From the NCBI GenBank assembly GCA_032279465.1, contig GCA_032279465.1_4357.1: 44,179 nucleotides of DNA; one strand, given 5' to 3'. The DNA is from a phage. A program made the translations under genes and the position numbers. Below the pieces are notes generated by a model. It had not been told where the DNA came from and ran no database searches. It worked only from the letters and a program-made list of their open reading frames with translations. Of the stretch, positions 16,315 through 26,113 are shown piece after piece. How positions within the stretch are numbered: the stretch's first letter is position 1; the number at the start of each line of letters is the position of its first letter.

Positions 16315-18649
16315 AACTGTTTGTCAGGGTAGCCACTAATGTCTCAAGCGCTATAATCCTTTTCTCTAACTGAGCTGCTTTACGTCGCTGTAACGCAGCC
16401 TCTAATATCAATACCTCATCATAACGAATACCATACCGCTCCCCTGCCGCCGTAGCTTTTGTTAATACTCCCCCAGATTCCTCATCAATAATTTCCGGAG
16501 ACGCTTCCCACTTATCGTAGCACAGGAAACCGTACTTAGTCGCGTCCAACCCGTGCCGGGTAAACGCCTCAATTGCTCGTTGGGCTACTACTCCAAAGTG
16601 CCACCTAGCTGCATCCTCCCCCTTCTCTGCAACCCTATCCAGGTACTTATATTGAACTAAATTAACTTCAGCCCAAGCGTCTAACATAGCGTCAGTTAAT
16701 TCCAGGGGTAGTGTCTTGGTTCTCTCGTCAGACGTAACCGTAAACGCTGTTTGAGTGAATCCGCCGGACAAAGCGCGACTTGCCGACCCGATAGCGACGG
16801 TGTTTGCACTGGATGGTGTAATAGCCGTCGGGGCTATTTGAATATACGCCGATGCGTCAGAGGCTAAGCGTAAAGCACCCTTAACCAGAGAAATAGTTCG
16901 AGAAGTACCATCAGATGTGAGTAATTTTATCTGAGAGGTCGTACCTCCACCAATAGCCAAAGATGTAGCCCCATCGGAAATTAGTCTGAATTTATCAGCT
17001 GTACTAAAAGGCAATGCAGAAGTATTTATATACTTAGTGAACCACTCAAACCTACCGGACATGGACCCTATGTATTGTCCTATAGCGGGGGCGTGTACCA
17101 CGTTACTGGTGGGAGTACCATCAATGCTAGAGACTCCGGTTATAGTAGATAGTGAACTAAGAAGACTGTTCTTGGGTCCAGGGTGCTTTACTTCCACAAA
17201 GTTACGGGTAGTCCCTGTCTCTAGTGTAACAACCCCGGAAGCACTATACATAGGGAAAACCGATGCGTAGTTATTACTAGCTCCGTCTAAAAACCTAATA
17301 GAAGTCGCGGTTTGCGTTTGCCCTAAACTATTAGTTCCGCTGCACCCAACCATTAGAATATTATCAGCGGCATTATAGTTGCCTTGTAATGTAACGCCGT
17401 GTGCTTGCGTGGCCTCGGAGGAGGAGTAATCAGCTACAACATTTGTCACCAGATTACCTGAACCCTTGCCGGCGACCACAGCGGCATACTTAGCGTTATT
17501 AGCAACAACATTACTGATAATATTACTGCTAGGGGCATTGGTCGTCTTGGTGCCATTATAAACAACGTGCTGACAGCTTTGCCCAATGACGCCACTAACA
17601 ACATTACATTTAGCATCTGTTTTCAACTCAACCGCCCCGAATTGGGGGTAGTTTCGGGCGATAACATCGTTGATTATAGTATTACTTGCGGACTCAAACA
17701 GCACGCACCCCGCTGTTTTATTTGTAGCATACCCGGAGTAGTCGCCCCGTATGCCGCTTACAATGTATCCAGACGGACCCCCATCATTAGGGTATGCTAT
17801 TAAACTAAATCCAGTTCCCTTTGCATTTTTAAAATCAATACCTTTAATAGTAACGTCCTGCCCACCGGCGAAGGAAACCTGCTGACCCTGTGTGAGGTCC
17901 GTTGCCTTATTTCCTACAATACTCAGGGTGCTAAGTAGCCCTCCTGCAGGTTTATCAAAGATTAAGTGGTTTCCAGAATCGTTTGATTGTTTTAAAACCC
18001 CACCCCCTGTTCCAAATAGAGAGCATGTCGGGTGGGAGAGTAGCGACGTACTATACTCCCCTTGCGGTACAAGCACCCCGTTACTAGCTGTAAGCGCTCG
18101 GTTAAGGGCGTTTGTGTAATCAGGGTCAGTACCTAAATAGAAGTCCAGAACGGAAACTACTTCTCTATTTTTATCGTGTTGCGTCCTGCCGACAGCGTCG
18201 GTAAATGGTTGTCGGACGCCGACCATGGCATCACCTAATGTCGCATTGTCTGTGCTGGATAAATCATTCCGTAAATCAGGGTCTGTCTGCGGCTTCCAGT
18301 TAGCGTTACCGACTGGATTAAAACTCGCGGGAACAACAACCGGCAACGTACCCGCATATGAGTGCCACGTCTTGCTTACGGGGTCATACACCACTTTATC
18401 GCGGTCATTAACTGTTAACGTACCGCCGGTGGAAAAGTCCCACGATACGGGAGAAAAACCGGCATCACGCAACACAGCAGGAAGCGTCTTCTGGGTCTGC
18501 CCGGTAACAGGGTTGGTCGCGTAATCAATATCGGCGCCACCAGCAACCCCGCCGGATTTACCGGTGATAACCTCGGCTTCAAAAATTTGGTGTTTCTTGG
18601 CGGTTTGTAAATCCGCCAGGCTTAAAACGTCACCGCATCCGCTTGACAT
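16313..18649 (-). CDS. Tailspike/tail fibre with C-terminal intramolecular chaperone (peptidase S74-like)
   Basis: 778 aa; C-terminal SDERTKTLPLELTDAMLDAWAEVNLVQYKY...WHFGVVAQRAIEAF as in endosialidase-type autoproteolytic chaperone domains; long Gly/Ser/Thr/Asn-rich central region suggestive of beta-helix. Confidence 0.7.
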   Translation of the reverse strand: MSSGCGDVLSLADLQTAKKHQIFEAEVITGKSGGVAGGADIDYATNPVTGQTQKTLPAVLRDAGFSPVSWDFSTGGTLTVNDRDKVVYDPVSKTWHSYAGTLPVVVPASFNPVGNANWKPQTDPDLRNDLSSTDNATLGDAMVGVRQPFTDAVGRTQHDKNREVVSVLDFYLGTDPDYTNALNRALTASNGVLVPQGEYSTSLLSHPTCSLFGTGGGVLKQSNDSGNHLIFDKPAGGLLSTLSIVGNKATDLTQGQQVSFAGGQDVTIKGIDFKNAKGTGFSLIAYPNDGGPSGYIVSGIRGDYSGYATNKTAGCVLFESASNTIINDVIARNYPQFGAVELKTDAKCNVVSGVIGQSCQHVVYNGTKTTNAPSSNIISNVVANNAKYAAVVAGKGSGNLVTNVVADYSSSEATQAHGVTLQGNYNAADNILMVGCSGTNSLGQTQTATSIRFLDGASNNYASVFPMYSASGVVTLETGTTRNFVEVKHPGPKNSLLSSLSTITGVSSIDGTPTSNVVHAPAIGQYIGSMSGRFEWFTKYINTSALPFSTADKFRLISDGATSLAIGGGTTSQIKLLTSDGTSRTISLVKGALRLASDASAYIQIAPTAITPSSANTVAIGSASRALSGGFTQTAFTVTSDERTKTLPLELTDAMLDAWAEVNLVQYKYLDRVAEKGEDAARWHFGVVAQRAIEAFTRHGLDATKYGFLCYDKWEASPEIIDEESGGVLTKATAAGERYGIRYDEVLILEAALQRRKAAQLEKRIIALETLVATLTNS

Positions 18650-18661
18650 ACAGAGTCCTCT

Positions 18662-21229
18662 TTAATTAAAACCATTGCTGAATCCGTCGGAGAAACCGCT
18701 GCCGTATGGCGCGACGCCGTCGTATTTATAGAATCCGTCATCATAGTTGTAGCCCGTAATCTTGACCGTGCGGTCGTCGCCGGGGTCGATTGAAGAAACA
18801 ACTATCTTCTGAGCATTATGCCTTGCTTCGTTGCCGAATGAAAACTCAGTTTTTAGCGCACTATTCCCCGTGTAGATTGCCTCCTCCGGCGCGGAGAGCA
18901 TAATCACTTCGCGGTCGTGGCTTCCTTTGATAACGGAGATACTCTGTACAGAGCCATCGCGCTTCTTAAGAATGATGGAATGGTCATCACCAGGAGTAAA
19001 CGTAACAGGCTGAGACAGCGTCAGCGTAAGGCCATTGACGGCAACAACATAACCATCCTGCGGCGCGATACGCGAGCCTTTAACCACACTGATTACGCCG
19101 CCGGGAGTAGCGAGAGCGCCTTCTTCGGTAGCTTCGAACTCTACGACAACTTTACTTAACGTGTTGCGCTGGTAGCGACGCCACGCCAGCCAGTACGCTT
19201 GCTGATAGTTACGTACACCCTTCGATTCGTACTCCTCGGTGTTCGCGCCGAGTTCTTCCGGGATATAAATCGTCTCCTGTACGTTTGTATCCGGGTCAAT
19301 GTACGAGAACGACAGGCTATCGTAGGTTGTCGAATCGTTGAACGTGCGCGTCCATTTCTCCGTACCGGTCGTTTTGCTGCGGTGGGTGAAAACCATCTCA
19401 GGCCCCGCAACAGGACGGTCGAATCGCAGCATAATATCAGCACCTTTACGGTATGCCGTACAAAACACGGCTTCCGCGATGGTCTGAACGATGTCTTGCA
19501 TGGTTGTGTCGTAGTCGTCGAATGTGTAGCAGAACTGCCCGGCTAATTCACTGTCAAAATACGACTCAATTTCTTCCTGCACGGCAAGTAACTTGTCCAT
19601 ATTTGCCGTTGTCAGTTCCAGATTACCCACCACAGGGTCACGCGCCAGCCTGATTAGCGACTGCACGGCCTGAGTGTTCGGTGTCATTACCGTATCGAAT
19701 ACGCCGTTACCTAAGTATTTGTAGCACATCTCGGTTGCAATCATGCGCAGTTCCGGTTCGGACACCTCGGCTGCACGTGGGGTTTGTTTACGGGCGCAGT
19801 GTACGGTAGTACGGTTGCCGTAGTGGGGGGTTGTGTCCAGCGACTGCCCATACAGATTAGTGAAAGTAACCTCGTCGCTAACAGTACCTTCAAAATCTTT
19901 ATCGGTGTCCGAAACACGACGCATACGGGCGCGGAATCTGGAAGCAGTTGGTAAACTTCCGTAAAGAGTAATCCCTGTGTAATCCGTGTTCCGGCCTGTT
20001 ACGGTTCCTCGTACGGTAAATATGTCACCTACAGGCTGTTTCAATGCATCTACCATCTGGTATTGCAGTTCGACTGTCACTGAAGCGCGGTTATAGTCGC
20101 CGTTGTATTTGTACATGCCGTTGCTGGCAGCCACATTGGCTACAACACGGTCGACGGTTCCGCGGGTGATGTACGCCCATTCAGAGAGGGAAGCCGTGTA
20201 AGTATCCGCCGGGCCTATAAGATGGTTGCCCTCTTCACCTATAAACCATACAGATGTTCCTAGCTGGTTCCATATTGATTGATTTGTACTGACGTCCACA
20301 ATAAGGGTCGTTTCACTAACAGAAAGAACCGTGTACCTCCCGTCCAGGTTAACCTCATTACCCAAAGACCCTGGGGTTGCATCTGCATATACGTTATCGA
20401 AGTATGCCAGGTCCCCGACCGCCAAAAACTCATTGAAACCAGCGTCATCGCCTACTACAACGCCGGTTGTTCCCTGCCGCTGGACAGTGTAGTCCTGCAC
20501 GTCTATAGCGATATCATTAGGGGCGGGAAGAACAGCGCCATCGACATCGGCGTTTTTAAATGTAACGTACAATTTCTGGTCTATAGGGTCGCCGATATGC
20601 AATTGTGGTGTGCTGGTGTTATTCGGCGAAGTGTAAGGAGAATACACCGTCACCGACGAGCCAGTTATCTCGCTGATTCGGGTATCTGCCTCAGTTACAC
20701 CGTCTTCCTCAATATGCAGATACCCTCGACCGGCGTCATAGTACGCATATTCAATAAGCGCCCCCGTGGCGTTAAACACCTTATACGTCTGCATCAGGTC
20801 ATTGGGTATAGTCTGCACTGTCCCGCAGATGTCATAAGAACGTTCATAAGGACGTGGCTTGTTCGAGCGGTCAGTAAGACTGTTGTTAGGCGACGTAGCC
20901 TGATTGTTGGTAGCGGAATAATTAGCGTTAGCTGCTGTGTTTAGCCCGAACAATTTGGCAATTGGCTTAAGGATGAAACTGAATACACTACCGATAGCGT
21001 CGCCGATACCACCGCCTGCACCCTCGATAATGTGGTACACGGCGTCCTCGTCTTTGAGCGCATTGAAGTCGTCTGTTACATCTGTATCATCGCCAATCTC
21101 ACCGAGATAGACGCGCACAGGCACGCCGTAGGGAATACGGTTAACGACAAACTCCATCGGCATCCCGACGTGTTTTGTACGGTCGAAAGCGCCTTCAGCG
21201 TTTCGCGTGTAGTGCAGGATTATCGCCAA
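18662..21229 (-). CDS. Tail tip/central fibre protein (J-like)
   Basis: 855 aa, downstream of K/L/M-like genes and upstream of tailspike. Confidence 0.55.
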   Translation of the reverse strand: MAIILHYTRNAEGAFDRTKHVGMPMEFVVNRIPYGVPVRVYLGEIGDDTDVTDDFNALKDEDAVYHIIEGAGGGIGDAIGSVFSFILKPIAKLFGLNTAANANYSATNNQATSPNNSLTDRSNKPRPYERSYDICGTVQTIPNDLMQTYKVFNATGALIEYAYYDAGRGYLHIEEDGVTEADTRISEITGSSVTVYSPYTSPNNTSTPQLHIGDPIDQKLYVTFKNADVDGAVLPAPNDIAIDVQDYTVQRQGTTGVVVGDDAGFNEFLAVGDLAYFDNVYADATPGSLGNEVNLDGRYTVLSVSETTLIVDVSTNQSIWNQLGTSVWFIGEEGNHLIGPADTYTASLSEWAYITRGTVDRVVANVAASNGMYKYNGDYNRASVTVELQYQMVDALKQPVGDIFTVRGTVTGRNTDYTGITLYGSLPTASRFRARMRRVSDTDKDFEGTVSDEVTFTNLYGQSLDTTPHYGNRTTVHCARKQTPRAAEVSEPELRMIATEMCYKYLGNGVFDTVMTPNTQAVQSLIRLARDPVVGNLELTTANMDKLLAVQEEIESYFDSELAGQFCYTFDDYDTTMQDIVQTIAEAVFCTAYRKGADIMLRFDRPVAGPEMVFTHRSKTTGTEKWTRTFNDSTTYDSLSFSYIDPDTNVQETIYIPEELGANTEEYESKGVRNYQQAYWLAWRRYQRNTLSKVVVEFEATEEGALATPGGVISVVKGSRIAPQDGYVVAVNGLTLTLSQPVTFTPGDDHSIILKKRDGSVQSISVIKGSHDREVIMLSAPEEAIYTGNSALKTEFSFGNEARHNAQKIVVSSIDPGDDRTVKITGYNYDDGFYKYDGVAPYGSGFSDGFSNGFN

Positions 21230-21585
21230 AATTCAATCTCCGTGTACGTGTCTCCGAGGTCCACCAGCCTGTCAAGCCGTACCTGACGGGATGCAAGCTC
21301 GCAATGACTCACCATCCCGTCGAAGTAAACTCCAGCGTGCCACACGATACGACCCCCGCGGCGATAACCCATAAGCACCGCGCAGAAGTTTTCAGGCTTA
21401 TCAATTTTTGTAAGCCCCTTCGTGTCACGGTGGCCTTCGTCAAACGCTTCGTTAATCGCCGTTGGGCTTGTAACGTCGAACGCAGGGGTTTCTAACCCGG
21501 CATCCGCGCGGACAATGCGCACGTGATGCCAGCAATTGCGCTTGCGAAAGTCGTAAGGTATGCCCGTGTAGTCGTTAATATTCAT
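21220..21585 (-). CDS. Tail assembly protein with NlpC/P60-like fold (K-like)
   Basis: 121 aa; Cys in NCWHHVR, His in WHAGVY; position matches lambda K. Confidence 0.45.
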   Translation of the reverse strand: MNINDYTGIPYDFRKRNCWHHVRIVRADAGLETPAFDVTSPTAINEAFDEGHRDTKGLTKIDKPENFCAVLMGYRRGGRIVWHAGVYFDGMVSHCELASRQVRLDRLVDLGDTYTEIEFWR

Positions 21586-22112
21586 GTGGTCAACAGGCCG
21601 CGTAATAACGGTATCTCTTTAGGTGTCATCAGTATACCAGTGCTTCGCTGGTTCAGCATAGGTGTACCGACATCCGCGGAGAACTCGCCCTTCTCCTGGT
21701 TGATGGCCTGTAACTCGTACACGACAGGACCGTCAGCCGGATAAGACAGGTCTGTGCTGACATAACGACGGAAGACGAACTTAGGCAACTCAGTATTGCT
21801 CATCGGGATTTTATCCATCTCATCATCCAGTTGATTGAGGATATCCGGTAAAGTAAACGTCGTAGTCTGGTCCATATCACTGTTGTTAGCCGCTCCCGAC
21901 GCCTCCATCGGGGTTGGCTCGAATGTTATTGTTTCGCCTGTCTCCAGTGTTGCCGTAAGTTCCTGTAGCCCGCGCACAAGATAGTACGTCTTCGACAGCA
22001 ACGGGTGGCTGATTTGCAACGTGACGTAGTCCATCTCGCCGTCGGGATTTGAGGCCAGCTTACGGCGATAGGCGGCTTCTACTGATTCCTGACTCATTGC
22101 ATAGGGTCCCAA
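21582..22112 (-). CDS. Minor tail protein (L-like, by position)
   Basis: 176 aa between M-like and K-like genes. Confidence 0.4.
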   Translation of the reverse strand: MGPYAMSQESVEAAYRRKLASNPDGEMDYVTLQISHPLLSKTYYLVRGLQELTATLETGETITFEPTPMEASGAANNSDMDQTTTFTLPDILNQLDDEMDKIPMSNTELPKFVFRRYVSTDLSYPADGPVVYELQAINQEKGEFSADVGTPMLNQRSTGILMTPKEIPLLRGLLTT

Positions 22113-22594
22113 ATTCGTGGAAACGATGATTGTGCGGTCCCGTAGGCTTTAAGGAAACATCCCAGCCCGTCGCCATAACAACCATACAAATCAGGCAGAT
22201 TGTTAATCAGACACTGGTTCTCGAGGTCCTGGAACGGTGATTTCTCAGCGGTTGCCGTGAAAGTAATTGTCCAGTTAATCCCGTCTTCGGTGGACTCCGC
22301 GATGGTTGACGTGATAGTTACCTGATAATCCTCGATACCCATGCCGAAGTCATGCGCCATCCAGAAACTTGACGCACCGCCGTCTACTTTTTCGAGGAAC
22401 GACAGAAACGCCTGTCGCCCCATTGCGGATGTAATGAGGGTTACGCTCACCGGGAACACGTCATAATACGTGTCACGGCCCTGACGCACCCCGCCACCCG
22501 CTAAATCGACACTCCAGACGTTGTTACGTCTGGTCATTGAGTAGCCTTTTGATACCACCGGCTTAAGGCTACGTGGGAAATATAATTCGGTCAT
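22094..22594 (-). CDS. Minor tail protein (M-like, by position)
   Basis: 166 aa immediately after tape measure gene. Confidence 0.4.
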   Translation of the reverse strand: MTELYFPRSLKPVVSKGYSMTRRNNVWSVDLAGGGVRQGRDTYYDVFPVSVTLITSAMGRQAFLSFLEKVDGGASSFWMAHDFGMGIEDYQVTITSTIAESTEDGINWTITFTATAEKSPFQDLENQCLINNLPDLYGCYGDGLGCFLKAYGTAQSSFPRIWDPMQ

Positions 22595-24933
22595 TATTTA
22601 AACCCCGGCGCATTTCTTGTGGCCTTGCGGGCCTTGCTAATCTTACTGTTACTGTTCTGCAAAGAGGCAGCAACTTGCTCTTCTATGATGATACGCAAAC
22701 GGCCTTCATCATCCTGCTCTGTGGATACGTTGCCGATCTGAGAACTCGTGTTGTTTACGATAGTAACATTAGACGGTCCGGAAGAAGACCCGTTTTGCCC
22801 CATAATTTCTTTCATCTGCTGTGCGGTGCGTACACGTGACGCACCAGCGGGCATGATAACTTCTGGTTTACCGCGTTCGGCGATGGTTGAAGCCTGCCCC
22901 GCGGATAACTGTCCGCCCTGTTCACGTGCGGACCTGATAGCGGAAATCTGCGCCATACCCGCCCCAACGGCAGCAGCGGCAGCTACAGGAGCCAGGAACG
23001 GGCCAACTACAGGGATAGCCGCTGTTGACTTATACGCCTCAATAGCCGCGGTGTACGTGGCTATAGTGGCCTGCACGATAGCGAATGCCTTGTACGCACC
23101 AGAAGCCTCGCCCAGCGCAGACCCGATGTTTGAAGCCATGTTGCCAAAGGCGGTTGCCGTTGCGTCGGCACGCTTCGTGGCGTACTGCTCGTTGATGGCA
23201 TTAAGCGCAGCCTGATACTGCTTCTCACTAATCAAACCCTGCTCGCGGTACTTATCTGCTACCGACAGTTTCTGCTGTTCCTGAATGTTGAGAAGCTCAA
23301 GCTCAGCGGCGTTCTGACCCATAATCTGAGCCATGAAGTCTTCACCTTTCTGGTTCTTTTCCTGCCGTTCTTTCTCTCGTTTAGCGAGTTCCTCCTGGCG
23401 AGCAGTGTCCGCTTCCAGCATAATCTGCGTCTTGGCGTTTTCGTACTGCTGGTCGCTAAGAAGCTGATTGCCGTAAAACTCCTGTAGCTTGGTTAACTGC
23501 TGTTCCTGGTTGGCTTCTATTTTCTGGAATACGTCATCATTGAGATGAATTGACTGATAGTAGAAATCCTCCGCGGCTTTCTTCTGGCGCTCGAACGCAT
23601 CCGCTGCTTTCTTAGCGGCTTTTGCACCCGCGCTATCATCTTCAGATCCGCCGCCGGTACCAGTTACCTTAAATTTACTAAGCCCTTCTTCCTTAGCGGC
23701 TTCTTTGTCGATGTCATACGCTGCGCGTTTAAGCGCGACGATATTTTGCTGAGCCTCCACCTGTTCGCGGAAACTTTTACGTGTCAGGTCCGCAACGTCG
23801 CGCTGAGTATCCAGTGCCATCCCCAGCTGGAAGTTAATATTTTTTGCTACGTCTACGGATTCCCCTGGTGTGAAGGCGGCCTTAACCAGCCGACCGGCAT
23901 CCTGCGCCCCTTTAACCATATCCTCAAAGAAGCGCTCCATCGCGGTAAATTCTTCCGCGATGAAATCGAGCGCATCGGCGGCTGATTCCGCTATGGTTGT
24001 CGCCGTTTGTTCGCCGCTATCCGTGATACTTTTGCTACTAAAATCCCAAAGCTCATTTAGCCCGTTTATCGCATCACCCACGAAACCAAATGCCGCGTCG
24101 AATGACATCTCTATTGCGCTTCCTACTTCCGACGCGATGTCGCCCCACATACGCATCTCTGCGGCAAGTTCACCGGATGCAACCTGTGCGTTAAGTTCCT
24201 GGATTAAATCATCGATGTATCGGATAGGTTCGGCGAGCGCACCAACATCAAGACTGGTAGCCAGTGTCATTTTTAACTGCGACCATGAGTCGCTGGCACT
24301 GGCGATGGCCCCGTTAAGTGTGTTGGCCTGGTCCGCCATAGCCCCCGCGAAGTTTACGTTACCGATGTTGAGCAGGTATTGCTCGATGTCGGCAGCGCTC
24401 TTCTTAACTACCGTAGTAGTACCCTGGAATGTAAATTCAACATCGTTTTTGTTCTGTTTGGCCTTGATACCAAATTCTTTAAGGCGCTCAAATTCAAAAG
24501 TACTAGCGTCTGCAACCGCCTCAATCATCTGATTCAGGTCTTTACCCATAGCAGCGGCGGTGTTTCCGTAGGAACGCAACGCTTCTTCTGACGGTGTAAG
24601 ACCAAGCGCCACAAGTTTACGGAATCCCTCTACCGCCTGTTCAAGGCCATACGGAGTGTCGCGCGCGAAGTCTTGCAGGATGCTTAACGCCTGTCTTGCA
24701 CCCTGCGTGCTTCCGGTTAGTGTTTTCAGGCTGGCGGACATCTTGTCTAGTTGCCGTTGGGATTCTACCAGTTCCTGTGCGGCCTTGTAAGCGGTAGCGG
24801 CGACGATGGAAGCGAGGCCCGCTACCGCAGCTCCGGCTACCTTTGCAGACTTGGAAAGGTTATCAAGACGGTCTGATGTAGCTTTCGCGCCTTGCTCTGA
24901 TACTTTTACAACTAAACTAGCTACATCAGCCAT
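22594..24933 (-). CDS. Tail tape measure protein
   Basis: 779 aa, long coiled-coil/Ala-rich low-complexity protein following chaperone genes. Confidence 0.8.
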   Translation of the reverse strand: MADVASLVVKVSEQGAKATSDRLDNLSKSAKVAGAAVAGLASIVAATAYKAAQELVESQRQLDKMSASLKTLTGSTQGARQALSILQDFARDTPYGLEQAVEGFRKLVALGLTPSEEALRSYGNTAAAMGKDLNQMIEAVADASTFEFERLKEFGIKAKQNKNDVEFTFQGTTTVVKKSAADIEQYLLNIGNVNFAGAMADQANTLNGAIASASDSWSQLKMTLATSLDVGALAEPIRYIDDLIQELNAQVASGELAAEMRMWGDIASEVGSAIEMSFDAAFGFVGDAINGLNELWDFSSKSITDSGEQTATTIAESAADALDFIAEEFTAMERFFEDMVKGAQDAGRLVKAAFTPGESVDVAKNINFQLGMALDTQRDVADLTRKSFREQVEAQQNIVALKRAAYDIDKEAAKEEGLSKFKVTGTGGGSEDDSAGAKAAKKAADAFERQKKAAEDFYYQSIHLNDDVFQKIEANQEQQLTKLQEFYGNQLLSDQQYENAKTQIMLEADTARQEELAKREKERQEKNQKGEDFMAQIMGQNAAELELLNIQEQQKLSVADKYREQGLISEKQYQAALNAINEQYATKRADATATAFGNMASNIGSALGEASGAYKAFAIVQATIATYTAAIEAYKSTAAIPVVGPFLAPVAAAAAVGAGMAQISAIRSAREQGGQLSAGQASTIAERGKPEVIMPAGASRVRTAQQMKEIMGQNGSSSGPSNVTIVNNTSSQIGNVSTEQDDEGRLRIIIEEQVAASLQNSNSKISKARKATRNAPGFK

Positions 24934-25285
24934 CGTTTCTACCCTCGAAAATAGCGTCTAAGCTCATGATGATGTCAGATTCAAACATGCCTATATTCTG
25001 GCCTGAAACGGTGCTATATGCCACTAAATCCGACCATCTTAACTGTTCACGCGGATACATCTTGATGCCATCATCGTCCACTCGGCGGGTGAATTTGATT
25101 TCCCTGTACTTCTCGAAGGTGGTTAATAGCTCAGGGGGGCATTCTGGTCCGGTGTCCTGCGTTGCTTCCGGCGCGTCTTGCATAACCCCCATAGCAATTA
25201 GCGCGGCTTTATGCCCGTCGGAGATACTGTCAAACTCCCGCCGTTTGTGGCGAGTTATGAAGTTCCAACGGGCAAACTGGAGCAA
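24926..25285 (-). CDS. Tail assembly chaperone, T portion (expressed as G-T fusion by -1 frameshift)
   Basis: No ATG; -1 frame from GGAAAAG (25294-25300) at end of G ORF reads ...VDALLQFARWNF straight into this ORF. Confidence 0.5.
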   Translation of the reverse strand: MLQFARWNFITRHKRREFDSISDGHKAALIAMGVMQDAPEATQDTGPECPPELLTTFEKYREIKFTRRVDDDGIKMYPREQLRWSDLVAYSTVSGQNIGMFESDIIMSLDAIFEGRNDG

Positions 25286-25290
25286 CGCGT

Positions 25291-25707
25291 CTACTTTTCC
25301 TGCAATTGGTGAAGCTGTTCGTTGTGGAAAACAACAACGTGTTCAGCGAGGCGTTTATATTGTGAAAAAAGAGTATTCAGGTTCTCTTTATTAAATTCAT
25401 CGTCGAGACTCCAACCGTTAACCAGTTCAAGTGCTAACTGGCGGTTAAGGTCCGTCGCGGCGTCTTCCATCTTAATGTTATATTCCGAGAAATCTTTCAG
25501 TTCCTCGCATTTATCACGAAGCGGCTTCAGTTTACCTAACGACGCGCGGTACGCCAGGGTAAATGCACGCATGGCTTTAACCGCAACGTCCGCCTCCGGT
25601 GAAACAACGTTCAGCCACTCCCCTGAATCGGTGCCGTCTTTCAGTGGGATCGGCATACGGGAGCCTTTTTCTGCCTCAGCTTCGTAATAAAAATCAGAAA
25701 GTTTCAT
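25291..25707 (-). CDS. Tail assembly chaperone, G-like
   Basis: 138 aa, between major tail and tape measure genes; ends at slippery GGAAAAG followed by TAG. Confidence 0.55.
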   Translation of the reverse strand: MKLSDFYYEAEAEKGSRMPIPLKDGTDSGEWLNVVSPEADVAVKAMRAFTLAYRASLGKLKPLRDKCEELKDFSEYNIKMEDAATDLNRQLALELVNGWSLDDEFNKENLNTLFSQYKRLAEHVVVFHNEQLHQLQEK

Positions 25708-25814
25708 TCTTTAATCCTTTGGTTAAGAGGTTACGGGTTAAGGTTAATGCGCCAGACGGGAACCACCCGCTTTTCGTGTGCGACACTAGGCGCAAAATTA
25801 TTCTATCACATTAC

Positions 25815-25843
25815 TTGCACACCCCAATATAATAGTGTACTAT
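25815..25843 (+). promoter_or_regulatory. Sigma70-like promoter (type 1: TTGCAC-N17-TACTAT) of plus-strand accessory island
   Basis: -35 25815-25820, -10 25838-25843, inverted repeat 25831-25844; about 40 nt upstream of ATG 25885. Confidence 0.55.
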
Positions 25844-25884
25844 TCACTTACACCGACGATGTTATCCCAAACAGGAGCTACACC

Positions 25885-26076
25885 ATGACGGGTATTACTA
25901 TGTTCTTCTTAATCATTATCGTTTTAGTTTATTTTATTCCATTTCTCGTGGCGCATATGCGCGACCATAAAGCGAAATTAGCGATATTCATGGCTAATCT
26001 GTTTCTTGGATGGGTTCTGCTGCCGTGGGTATTTATTTTAATCTGGGCTTGCAACTCGAATGTCAAAGAGAAGTGA
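25885..26076 (+). CDS. Superinfection immunity-like small membrane protein
   Basis: 63 aa; IPFLVAHMRDHKAKLAIFMANLFLGWVLLPWVFILIWA resembles Imm-superinfection family proteins (recalled from memory); ACAGGAG Shine-Dalgarno; AT-rich. Confidence 0.5.
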   Translation: MTGITMFFLIIIVLVYFIPFLVAHMRDHKAKLAIFMANLFLGWVLLPWVFILIWACNSNVKEK

Positions 26077-26113
26077 GCTAGTATAGGACAAATCCTAAGC
26101 ACGAGGAATAAAC

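Noticed and set aside
20279-20944. 221-aa plus-strand ORF inside the J-like gene (also 22748-23215, 23870-24532, 28787-29437 inside tape measure and major tail genes)
   Set aside because: All antisense to long structural genes with strong positional support; products are low-complexity
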